A program made the translations under genes and the position numbers. A stretch of 63,757 bases of DNA, counting the filler, from Reticulomyxa filosa (Eukaryota; Protista; Foraminifera): the NCBI GenBank assembly GCA_000512085.1. It is 19 parts of 19 records of this genome, joined end to end, with 100 filler letters (N's around TTAATTAATTAA, not from the genome) between each part and the next. Parts side by side here need not be neighbours in the genome. Positions count along the whole stretch, not along the records: positions 47,128 to 55,549 come from ASPP01002691.1; positions 55,650 to 62,294 come from ASPP01015934.1; 17 more parts are not named here. The stretch is one strand, 5' to 3'. Below are positions 50,303 through 62,394 of the stretch, piece after piece. Every line of letters begins with the position of its first letter. Within the stretch, counting starts at the first letter, position 1. The notes beneath the pieces are model-generated. The model was not told the DNA's origin. It was given only the letters and a program-made list of their open reading frames with translations, and did not search any database.

Positions 50303-50619
50303 GGTCAGCGGAGGGACTCGAACCCAATCTCCGCTACATTATAGTGAGCTGGAGCATTGCACGACCAACCACAATGTTGATATTGCTATCAACAATATAG
50401 CAAAGTCGTGTGCCAGTGTGTAGGCAAGGATGTACAAGACTCTGCGACTTAGTGCGAATACATCCAAGACGCACCCCAACACACTGGCCAGCCTATCAAC
50501 CCTTTTGAGGTTGAACCACCTCCAAGAAGTTCCGAAGAACTTCACAAAGATGGCTGGCCCTAATGCAGCCATGGTCACTATAAATTCAGCGGGCTTTACA
50601 TATTAAGCTACGCCGCCGA
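50303..50619 (-). ncRNA. tRNA-scaffolded structured ncRNA with a ~240-nt insert replacing the anticodon loop
   Basis: Acceptor stem, D arm GCTT-AATATGTA-AAGC, stem CCGCTG/TAGCGG and T arm GGG-TTCGAGT-CCC (B box). The insert is closed by TATAGTGA/TCACTATA and contains UUCG and GCAA tetraloop hairpins plus a pseudoknot. Confidence 0.8.
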
Positions 50620-50902
50620 ATTAGTTAATATTGGCCATTTGCATTTCCTCCCCACCCCCCCCCCCCCCCACACTTCCATCACAATAAGAAATTTTATAAA
50701 AATTAAAAAACACACAATAGTCCGACTCCGAAGCGTTTTTTCGGAGTTAAATAAAAAAAAGGTGCGAAAACAAAACTTTTTCGTCATACGTCCGGCAGCA
50801 GAATAGTGAAAGTTGCAGAGCCTGTATTCAAATCAAACAAAACGTTTTTTTTTCAACATTGTTCAAAGCATGAAAAATGTTGGACTTGTTGTTCTTCGGC
50901 TT

Positions 50903-50944
50903 AAGTCCGAAATGATAAAGTCAAGTCCGAAATGATAAAGTCAA
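50903..50944. repeat. Exact 20-bp tandem duplication AAGTCCGAAATGATAAAGTC
   Basis: Two adjacent identical copies. Confidence 0.9.
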
Positions 50945-51658
50945 ACAAATAAAAATGCACTTAACTTTTACTTTCTTTATTGGGAATCAATAAAGAAAGG
51001 AATTTGAAAAAAAAAATAAACAGTAAACAACAACAAAAAAAAGGGCAATCAAAACTTTGCTCACAACTTAAAAATTTTATTTCATCTTTTTTTTGAATTG
51101 ATTTATTCTGCACTTAACTACAACCAATCTTAAGTAAAAAACTATATTTTATTATCTAGAAATTATTGAACAAAACTTAATTTAATTGCAAAAACTATTG
51201 AAAAAAATTACAGCAGCTATTTATTCTTAATAGTAATGTTTGATTATGGAAAATATGACTTTGCAAGCATACATGAATTTGATAGTTGTATTTTCCATTT
51301 ATTTGTAATATTTTTCATTTATTTGAATTGTTGCCATTCAACATTTAATTAGTCATCACAAAAAAAAATTAACAATTGTGCAATGATAACAAATATGCGC
51401 TTCAAATTTGTTTAATTTTATTTACTAAAGCTTGATCACTGATTTTTTCATTTATTGATTTCTATTTTGAGAGATAACTCTACTGAAGACTTACACAAAG
51501 TGTAATAAGAAAATAGTGCTTTCGAGTAATTTTAAAAAAGAAATGAGATGACAAAGGTAAGGACAAGAAGAAAAAGAGAGTGAAAGAGTTAAAAGAAGTA
51601 ACTAAGTTTTTTTAACAAAGGACTCTATTTCTTTGAGTTTCGCTGTTGCTAGAGTAAC

Positions 51659-51877
51659 TTGTACTACAATGTTGATTTTGCTTGTTTCATGGGAAAAAAA
51701 CAAACAATTGTGTCGTGTTCAAGTGATAATACTATTCGATTGTGGAATGTAGAATCAAGAAAAGAAATGCAAACGTTGAATGGGCATTTACATGCTGTAA
51801 AATGTATAAATATTTCTCCAAATGGAAATACAATGATAACAGGCTCTGCTGATTGTGAAATTCGAATTTGGGGATAA
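51659..51877 (+). pseudogene. Isolated C-terminal WD40 fragment
   Basis: IVSCSSDNTIRLWN...GH...ISPNGNTMITGSADCEIRIWG*, with no upstream repeats. Confidence 0.75.
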
Positions 51878-53265
51878 AAATATATACATAAACAATAAAT
51901 GCTTTTGAATAATTTCTGAAGTGAATTTGTGTAAAAAAGAAATGCACACTAATATGTTGAACTTTTAGTTTTTTAAATAAATTCATAGCCCATTTTCTTC
52001 TTGGCAACGTATAACTTTCGTAATGCAAATGAAAAATTGTTTTATTTTTGGATTTAACTATAAAAGTAGAAAACACCAAGAAGTGTTGTTGATTTTTATC
52101 GAAAATTTTTGCTTCTAAATGAATAAAGAACAGTATATTTATTCAATTGATTTGTATATTTGATCAAATACTTTTGTAAAATGTTGCCAATTTATGAAAT
52201 TTACTTACGTCCATTTTTAAAAATTTTTTGAGTGATTGCAGAATAAAATGTGCTTCATATGATATTGATTAACAATAATTATTAATTTTGAATATCAAAG
52301 ATATAATTTGGTCACAATCGAGAAAATATTGCAGCTAGAAGTAGATGTCTGTAATAATACTCGGCTTCCACTTTTATCTGTTCCAATTCATTTTTTTCTT
52401 ATTTTGACGTATGATCAAAATAAAAAAATGAAAAAATTGTCATCTATCTACTTTTTGTGGATCATCACTTTTATTTTCATTTAAACAAATTTGAATGCTT
52501 GCGTTGTTTATATTGCCATTCTCCTTTTTGTTTAAAAAATCTAAAATTGGAAAAGATAAATTTAATGAAATTTCACTACAGATAAAGGTTCAGAAATGAG
52601 TACATAAACAACACATTTTTTTTACAAATTGCTTGTCTTTGAAACCAAAATTACATTTAATTTGTAATTCATTGAATTGATGTATTTGAGGAAATATCAA
52701 CAAGCTTTTATAAACGTTAATTGAAGCAATTTTCAAAAAGTAATCATGCAGTCTACTTGTTGTTATATTTTGCATTTTATATTAGAAATTAAAACTTTTT
52801 CCGAGTGTTTTTGTTTTAAAAACGTTTTTACGAGTTAACGTTTTTATTAAATTTTTAGAATACTCCAATTTTTTTGGAGTAGAAAATTTGACAAAAATTC
52901 TACTTTTATAAAATATTGTTATTACCAAAGAACAAGATAATTGCATAAGACAAATTATTTCATGCGAATATTATCTATTTTTTAAATTAATTGAATAAAT
53001 TAATGGTCACATAAAAACGTTTTATATCATATAACAACATCAAAATTTGTTGGATAAGAAAATAAAAAAGTGCAACTCAAGTGCTTAGTTTCGAGCATAG
53101 AAGACACTTAGTTTTATAATTGAATTTTCTCGTAGTATTTTCGCTTGTTTTTCAAACTGAAATGTACATTATTCGTTTAGTGTTATGTATAATTTTGTGA
53201 AAGTTGATCCTAAGTGTATTAAAGAAAATCTCAAAACCTTTTTTATTTCATCTTAATATCATTTA

Positions 53266-53514
53266 TTGGAGTCCATTAATTTCATCATTGAAACATTGAG
53301 ATATATGAACATAGATGGAAACGTATGTGTTGTCGATTGTAAATTACAATGTGAAGGAAAAGTATCCATTACAACGCAGTTATTTGTTACAAAGAATGCA
53401 ATTATTGATCAGCAGTTGAAACAATCTATTTCTCCAATTCAATGGAATAGCAAGATACATTATGATATTCCAATGAGACTCCAAGATCTCGAATATAAAG
53501 CAGAAGAAAGTTGA
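53266..53514 (+). pseudogene. Fragment of a lineage-expanded family (recalled as the N-terminus of TPR proteins)
   Basis: IDGNV...CKLQCEG...ITTQLFVTKNAIIDQQL...PIQWNSKIHYDIP ends at a stop with no continuation. The family assignment is from memory only. Confidence 0.4.
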
Positions 53515-55748
53515 AATAAAAAATTGCTCAACAAATCTCTTATTTTTTGCAAACGTATTTATAAAAAATTTTTACAAAAGAGAAGATGGATAAAAAAAAG
53601 ACATTTGCTACAATTAATTTTAAAATTAAATCGCGAAGGAAAATTAAAGTATTATACAAAAAATTAATTTTGCCAAATACATTATTTATTAAATCCATAC
53701 AAAAACAATAACTATGCAAATAAAATTGTAATTTCTTTTTTTGATTGTATTAAAGGGAGTTTTTTCAAAGAAGAGTTGGAAGCATTCACCTTAAACAAAA
53801 AAATCTTGAGTGCTTAATGGAATGTCTTCAAGAATCATTCAATACAATTGAAAAGAAATTGCTTCAAAGACATGGAATTTGTGTAAGTGAAGCATTCACA
53901 AAGCAACTATGGTCTGGGTTCCACCGTAGAAAACAAGTTAAAACTAATACAATGCAAATCAATAAAATTGTTCAGATATCATTTTTCTTAAATAAATACG
54001 TCATTATAGAATAACTTATCAATGACAACTATGTTTAATGGATTTATTGGGAGCATTCGGGTTGATCTTTTTTTTGACATTTGATACTTTTGAGAAAGCA
54101 GAAATATATGAAGTTGATTTTGTGATAATAATAAACACATTTATTTTATTGGAAAATGAAATGCATATAACTGTTTAGTATCTAAAGATGTTGTTCAATG
54201 TTTTCCAAAATAACATTGTCATGGAAATCAATAGATCTAAACATACAATATTCAAGCATTTCATGTAATTCAATAATACTCTGAAGTTGGAAGATCAAGT
54301 ATTTAATTACTTTCTTTACAAAATAATGGTTTGCAAAGTTGTACAAACAGACTTAAAGAACAAAATTTTTCTTTTTTGTAGCTGTCATATAGTATTTTGC
54401 AAACAAAGGGCAAAATCTATGAATTATTTGAACAATGAAATTATGCATTTGTTTATAATAAACAACTAAAAACAGCAAATGAAGGAAATTATTTCTCTCT
54501 ATTTATGGAAGCATTTTTTCCAAAAATATTCAAATGAAAAGACAAAAACAACAACTCTCAAAAGTACAATTGCCATTTCACAATAAAAAAGATTGAGAAT
54601 ATTATTAAAGGATAAGTTTGGACTTTAAGGTTCCTTCAATTTGTATTTTTTAAAATATTTTGCATATAGTCCTGCTTTGTTTTTTTTCTCTGTTAATCAA
54701 AACGTGTGAAAGAAATTACAACAAGTATTCAAGATATATTGCAAAGGTTTATTTAGATTTAATAAATAGAAATTTTCTTAAATCTTTCCAAAGAGTGCAT
54801 CTGCCAACTATGTTTTCTTTTTCATAGAAAAAAATTCTGCATTACTATTTTTGGTTGAATTACATAATTTCGACAAAGAAAACAAGATGAAAGAGTTTGA
54901 TTTTATATTTTATATTATTTACATTAGCATTTCTGAATAATAGAAAAGGAGAAACTTTGTATTCTGTTATTTTTTTTATAGATAACAACAAATGGTAATT
55001 ATACACGGGAATGCTTGAAATATTTTTTATATTGTATCCAAATGATAACGCACATGATCATATAAAACAAATAAGAGATTGAAACGTTGATTTGGTTATT
55101 TGGAGATTCATCGCCGAAGAAGAACCGTAAGAAAAAATACAGCATCATTGTAAAATATTGAAGATGATTAAAGGCCTTGTCCAACAATCAATTGAAAAAG
55201 ATGTATTTAAATAACAAAAAAAAAGTTAATTTTGTCAATGTTGGAATATGTTATTATTTTAAAGAACAAATTAGAATCAAAAATCAAAACTAATAAATTG
55301 AAGAACGCAGGCAAAGCAATAATCAATTTAAAAACAAAGAACAAAACATATTTAAAATTATAAAAGCTGTGTTAAATTATACTCTTCGTTTCAACATCGA
55401 TATTCCTTTTTTGTTTTCAAACATTTTTCAAAAATTGCAAAACACTATTTTCAAAGTTTCTGGTGAAAACCTTTTGAAAAAAAACTTGTGGATACGTGCG
55501 TACTCAGTTTTGAATAAATTTTTAAAAAATTTCTTGTCATTGAAAAAAANNNNNNNNNNNNNNNNNNNNNNNNNNNNNNNNNNNNNNNNNNNNTTAATTA
55601 ATTAANNNNNNNNNNNNNNNNNNNNNNNNNNNNNNNNNNNNNNNNNNNNTTTTTTTTTTAATTTATTTTTTTAAAAAAAAAAAAAAAAAAAAACCCAGTC
55701 AAAAAAAAAATTTTAAAAAATAACAATGATAGAAATAAAAATAAAAAG

Positions 55749-56289
55749 GCAAAGTCGTTGGACCAGGAGAAACTGGCACGGTTGCTGTGAAGAGACCTGA
55801 TCCCGTAATGTTTTTAAAGTATTGGAATAATCCCGAGAAAACTGCAGAAAAGTTCATTGGCGACTGGCTGTTGACGGGTGATCAGGCGCAGATCGACGAA
55901 GATGGGTACTATTGGTTCGTTGGCAGGGACGATGACATCATCAAGACAAGTGGCTATCGCTGTGGACCGACGGAGATTGAACAGGCGTGTATCAAACATT
56001 CGTCTGTGGTCAATGCAGCTGCCATTGGAAAACCTGACTCTTTGAGAAATGAAATTATCAAGGTCTTCATTGTTCTTAACAACGACATAAAAAAACAAAT
56101 ATCGGGCAACTCCGCTGCTGCACAGAGCTTGGAAAAAGAGATCAAAGAGTTTGTTTGTAAATTTTTGGGAAACATGAGTACCCTCGAGAAATGGAGTTCG
56201 TTGATGAACTCCCCATGACTGTCACTGGCAAAGTTCAAAGAAAGGTTCTCAAACAACAAGAAATTGAAAAAATGAAAGGAAAGAAATAG
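55749..56289 (+). CDS. AMP-forming acyl-CoA synthetase, last exon
   Basis: WLLTGD...DEDGYYWFVGRDDDIIKTSGYRCGPTEIE; after a 1-nt slip near 56170 it continues KHEYPREMEFVDELPMTVTGKVQR. Confidence 0.92.
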
Positions 56290-56728
56290 CCATTCTATCT
56301 TCATTTTTGTCACTATGTACAAGTTTACACTTTTGATGTTGCCTCAATCCAATGTGAGGTTCTTGTCTTTTTTTCCTCTCATGGTCATATTTGATTTTAT
56401 TTTTTCTTCACTGTTCTCCATTTTGAAATACTTTCTATCAACAATATGAATGCAAACAAGTACACTGAGTATCTATCTACACAATAAGATAATCTCACCT
56501 CATTAGAATACAATTTGTAATTTTTTATTGTAGTAATTGATTAATGTGACACACGCAAATAAACAATTCATGGTCTTTTCTTTGTATCTCGTACATTGTA
56601 AAAAACTTAAAAGTGCTATGATCTCCCAAGTTTAAGCTTTTGAATACATTAACATAGCCCTCTTTGAAATTATGTTTTGACGTTGGGAAAAGGGGGAGAG
56701 CAAAACTGAAAAAAAAACAAAAACTCAG

Positions 56729-59700
56729 ATGTTTCTCCCAAAAGATATCGAGCAGCAAATGGAAAGCCCAGGAGGGCGCCGACAGTCCTTGAGCTATGCA
56801 TCTCATCATTTGAATAGCTGGGCTCAAGAGACAGGTTTTGAAAGGTCGTCATCCGTGGCCATTGGAGTTTACATAGGAGAGCGGTGGACATATGTCTCTG
56901 CTTTTCAGGAAGGCGTCATATCGGACGTGATAAAAAAAATGCCATCTGTGATTACGTTTGCAAAAGAAAACACATTTTTTGGACACGACGCATTCAAGCA
57001 CAGCTTTAATAATATTGAAAATACAATTTACGGATTTTTTGCACTTTTAGGAAAAAGGTGTTTTTATTTTTATTTTTTTTAATTTTTTTGCATTTTTATT
57101 TGTATTTTTAGTATACGTTTTTTTTTTTTTTTTTGGGTATAATGTTCTCTCAGATATGAAGACCGCTCAGTGCAACGTATCACGCGTCATGTAACATACA
57201 AAATAGGTCGATTGGACCGAAAATATAAAGGGAGTGAGGGAATGATGAAAGAGAACATAGGAATTCCAATCCGACAAAGTGAAGAAAGTGTAGGGAAAAA
57301 AGGAAGGGGATCGAACGAAAATAAAAACTCAAATCAAATAATAATATACACTCCTATCCAACTTGTTTCGATGTTTTTGCAGCATATTGTCAAAGAGTCT
57401 TCACAAGTGCTGTCTTGTGACATCCACAACATAGCCCTAGCTACGCCTAATACATTTGGGCAAAGACAAAGACAAGTTATGTTTTATATACATATATACA
57501 TATAAATGTATATATATATATATGTATATACATTTTTATATATTTATATATATTTACATATTTATATATTTTATATATTTTTTTTATGTGCAATATAATT
57601 GTAGCGTATAATAATGTGTCTGAAGAGAATGATGTTTTATATGCTCTATGGATTTGTTGCACTTGCATTAGTCAGGCATTAGTACACGCAGCCAAACTTG
57701 CCAAAATTGAAAATGTGCGCATTGTCAGTAGCTGTCTCGCGACGGGAGTATACTCGAGATTTTACCTTAAACACTTACGTATGTCGTATATCCATTTGTT
57801 TGCTGTTGTTATTTGTTTGAACAGCCAATTGTTTATTGCTGTTGGATAAAAATCGCAACAGAAGAAGATATGGCCACACAAGCCGAAAAAGACTTTCAAA
57901 AAAAAAAGTTCCCTGGAAAGACATTGATTGTCGACGTCTCACATATGGCGTGTTCACTCGCTGTGGTGGAAGCTAAGACCAGTCGTGGTGGAACTGAGAT
58001 TGTCAAAGGTTGTTTTTTTTTTTTTTTGAATGTTCCCCCTTTTTTTTTTTTTTAAAAAAAAAACTGTACCGAAAATAATAATAATGATTTATATTATGGG
58101 GCATGATTTACCTTTTTTTGTTTCTCCCTCCAAAAAAAAAAAAAAGTTCACAGTACGGCAGGGAGCGATTTGGGAGGCGTAGGTACCATACTAAATGATT
58201 TATCATTGCATGTGGTAACGCGATTTGTGGAGCAATATCAGCGACATCACGAAGACAACTTGCATGCAAATGATGAGTTGTCAAGCTATGCGAAGGACAA
58301 TGGCCTCGACACAAAACATCCTCTCGATGATATGAATCATTTGCCAACAGAACATAACGCCAAACAATTGAAGGAAATAATAAAAAATAATGTGATTAAA
58401 GCAGATGTGGAAAGCACTAATGAAATAACTCATCGCAATAATGTGGACATTGGCAATGAGCGAAAGCGACACAATGACGAAAAAAAAGTGGTCGAAAATG
58501 GTAATATTGAAAAGGTTAGTAAGCATCACAAAAAACTGTCTATGGCGAATCGAATATTAGCACAGTATGGCTCTTTAACAACTTTGGAGTTGTCTGATGA
58601 TTACATAGATAAAAATGCCTCTTTGTCCAATGGATATAATGGAACAAAAGAGGAAAAAGAGGAGGAATTGATCACACATTGGAGGAGGCAATCCTTGTTG
58701 AATGGACAAAAAGTTTGTGTGTCGATGACAAATTCTTTTTATTTATTTAATACAAAAAAAAAACAAACTTTGATCCAAGTCTTTATTATTATTATTTTTT
58801 TTTTGTGGATGATATAGTGGAATGAAAATGATGATGACACAGGAAATGATGAAAATCAGATAAAAAAAGCTTTCGAAAATTATGAGAAAAGTGTCGAACA
58901 AAAAAAACAAGACGAGGCAATGAAATGTCGCTTTCGCGCACGTATGATATGCGCGAGTGTATTGGAGCATTTGCATGATAAGTATAATAAGGATATCTCG
59001 TTGCATTATGACCGCTTTTATGGCGACTACTCATTGCATTTGATTATGAAGTTGAAAACCCTGGAACAATTGATCATTGAACCTTTTGTATTTGAAATTC
59101 GACAACAAATTGATTTGGTTGGTTTACTCTGATCTCCTCTTTTTTTTTTTTTTTTTTTTTTCTCTCCCCTCCCCTCCTCAAACTATATTTTTATGTGTGT
59201 ATAAATTGCACATGAATACAGCTGCTTCAAGATACAAAAGAGACAGAAATACACGATTTGAATACGTGCATTGTGACTGGGGATGGTGCCGCAATCCCAG
59301 CAGTGTCCGATTGCATTGAAGAGTACTTTGACGTGAATGACTCTTTGAAAAACAAACCTGTCGTTTCTCGGGGTTGTGCACTGGTCTGTGCTGGAGATCT
59401 AGGTGTGATTTTGTCATGGGGGAGGATCATGTTTGTTTGTTTTTTTCCTCTTGTTTTGCTTTTTGACTCATCACAATTTACACGCTTTATACGTATATAA
59501 ATATAAAAATATATGAGTATATATGTACATTTGAAAAAAAAACAAAACACACAGGGCTAATGTCTCAGCCTTTGAGTTTTGAGAAATTACCAATGACGAT
59601 AAAATTATTGGATCCGGTCAATGAAAATAAACTGTTGGTGATGTTGGCTAAGCAGTCCGCATGTCCTTGCAAGAGGATGGAAATGATGACTACCTGGATG

Positions 59701-60017
59701 GATGACCAAACAGGTATTTGTTTATTTTTTCCACTCCTTTTTTACAAATATCGCTCATCCTTTTTTTTTTTGGTGCAATAAACACAGAAATTCGATTGAA
59801 ATTTTACGAAGGAGAAGGTTTACGACCACAACAATGCAACTTCATTGGGGAGTACAGTGTACGCGGTATACAGCCACGAAAAGCAGGAGTATCTCGGATC
59901 GCACTGATACTCAATGTAGATAGAAATTGTTTGTTTGTTGTCAGTGCTGAAGATATTACTGACACGACATCTGTGGTGTCACTTGCCGTAGTCAGAGGCA
60001 CAAGAGAAAAAAACTGA
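56729..60017 (+). CDS. Highly divergent Hsp70-family protein, multi-exon
   Basis: MPSVITF, NTIYGF..LLGKR, TPIQLVSMFL, ATPNTFGQRQRQ|AL..AAKLA and SBD motifs TTWMDDQT...FYEGE...NFIGEY...GIQPRKAG..RI...NVD.N....VSAED. Confidence 0.82.
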
Positions 60018-60489
60018 CAATATGGGTTTCTTCATCCCAAAACTTTGTTTGTTGTTGTTAAAAGCCAAAAGTTTGTTTTTTTGGAAGGTAGCATTGTGCA
60101 AATGATGTCGAATTCTTAATTTTCTCTTTTGTGTTCCTTTTCAGAACTTTTGCCCTGTGTGGCCTCCCTTGAAGATTGTCAAAGCACGATACGCGTGATT
60201 ACTCACAACATATTTTACTTGCCGTACCATTTAGCACATTTATGAAAAAGACCGATTCACAAAAGCAAAACGAATTCTACTTTCTTAAAGTATAGTATCC
60301 TTTTTTGTCGGTATTGTTACACAAGACACTCGACATTCCCTATTTGTTGAAAGTTTTTATGCTTCTTTACCGCAATTTTTGGGGTATTACAACGCCTACG
60401 ATCAGGTAATGTAACAGCAATAATTTTTGTCAACAAGGGGATAATTTGAAAAACGTTAGTGCAAAACTCAGCAGGCATTAGAAAAAGAT

Positions 60490-61366
60490 ATGGCAGAAAA
60501 ATCCGAAAAATCGAAAAAACAGCAATTAAAGATTAACATTGTGAGTGATCAAGTGTGTCCATGGTGTTTTGTTGGAAAACGCAACTTAGAAGTGGCGTTG
60601 AAATACGTTGACTCCGAGAAAGTCGATGTCAATATTAACTGGTTGCCGTTTCAACTGAACGGGCAAATGCCTTTGGACAAGCCCTACGACAAAATGGGGT
60701 ATTATATTGAAAAATTTGGAAAGTCAAGAGTGGAACAAGTTAGTGTAGCATTTTAACGTTTCCAAAAGGAAGAAGCAAAGTTATCACAATTGCTTTGCAT
60801 AACAAGAAATAAACCCTAAAAAACAAAACGCAGATGTTACCACATATGAAAACGGTCGGTTTGCAATGCTCACCAGAGATAAAATTCAGTTATGGAGGAA
60901 AGATAGGCAACACATTAAACTCACATCGATTAGTTACTTATAGCAAGCAATTTAACAAATCGAATGAATGTGTTGAATTATTAATGAAATATTATTTTGA
61001 AATGGAAAAAGATATTTCCGATATTAATGTCTTAGTCGAGATTGGTGACAAATTAAATTTACCAGTTGATAAAATAAACGACTACTATACTTTGATATTA
61101 TTTTTTTAAAAAGGGGTGCATTGATTGAATGCATACAGAAAGTGAAAGCTGCGTTGGAAAGTAAAGAGCTTTGCGAAGAAGTAAATAAAGAATTAAAGCA
61201 CTCCAGAGATTCGCTTGGAGTGAGTAGCGTTCCAACTTTTTTTATCAATGAGAAAGCACGTATTAGTGGTGGACAGAGGCCCTTGGCTTTTTTGGAACAG
61301 TTTGCAAAATTACGTATTCCATTGCTTACGGAGCGCATTGAAAAAGAGGCTAAGAAACTTGAATGA
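60490..61366 (+). CDS. DsbA-family FrnE-like thiol-disulfide oxidoreductase
   Basis: SDQVCPWCFVGKR, WLPFQLN, NTLNSHRL and GVSSVPTFFIN...SGGQ. Introns 60739-60833 and 61065-61138. Confidence 0.92.
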
Positions 61367-62394
61367 AGTCATTGTTTCAGTGCCAAGCCACTTTGTTTTC
61401 GTATTTTTGTCATAATTATTCCAAAAAAATTAATCAAAGTAATTTTTTTAACTAGTTCATTTCACTTTCTGACTACTCCTTTTTGCATTGCCACTCTTAC
61501 TTTTGCTGTAAGTAGTCTTTTTTTCCATTATATAACCAATTAGATGATACAATAGAAAACAATAATTTGCAGAGTAAGTGTCACAGTTCGTTAATAGCGT
61601 AGATGAAAACCTCTTTGTCAAGGACACAAACCCTCGAGTAGTTTGATCATTCCTTAAACACATAATAAGGAGGAACTTTCTGCTCACCTTCGTTTGGCCC
61701 GTTTTCCCTTATTTCATATTTTTTATTTCTTTTTGAGCATTGATAATATCAGACAATGAGAACGTGTGTCGACAAACAGTTTTTCAGCGAATCGTTGTAT
61801 CTTGAAAGAAGAAGTGTTGTAACTTTTGAACGCTATCTTCCAAACAGCACAAGACAAACTATTGCAAATGTAGTGATTATATAATGTGGTAATACAGTGG
61901 TCACACTAAACAAAGAAATATGCTCAATATCATATCTTTGTTTTTTATATATAAATAATATATGAACAAATTATGTTTCGAAATTTAAAATTGTGTTTTA
62001 ATATTATTTGAAATTGATGAATATACAACAAAGTATGTTGAAGCAATATATAGTGCCAAACAATGTTCAATAAATATTTGTGACGTTGCCAACACACTGT
62101 AGTTAATCTAATAAAGTATATTGCAAAAAAAACTGACATACCTAAATGGCACTATATATTTCTCCATGAAAAATAAAGATTTAAACCTAATTTTTTTTTT
62201 TAAATATCTACTAATATTATAGTTTTAATTATAATTTTTTTTTTTTTTATATTTTTTTATTGTTGATATTTTTAATTGACATTTCAAAATTTTGNNNNNN
62301 NNNNNNNNNNNNNNNNNNNNNNNNNNNNNNNNNNNNNNTTAATTAATTAANNNNNNNNNNNNNNNNNNNNNNNNNNNNNNNNNNNNNNNNNNNN

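Noticed and set aside
50303-50619. Canonical tRNA, bacterial tmRNA, telomerase RNA, RNase P/MRP or SRP RNA
   Set aside because: The T stem is only 3 bp and there is no normal anticodon loop. It has a D stem and lacks the GGGG 5' end and ACCA 3' end of tmRNA. No CCCUAA-type template on the structured strand, and no P4 or SRP helix-8 motif seen.
50637-50644. Octamer ATGCAAAT upstream of the RNA (also at 49864-49871)
   Set aside because: The 8-mer recurs elsewhere in this AT-rich window, so it is not diagnostic.
49225-50669. G14 and C-run as terminal inverted repeats around the RNA island
   Set aside because: Similarity does not extend beyond the homopolymers, and G/C runs are common here (for example near 2046 and 21610).
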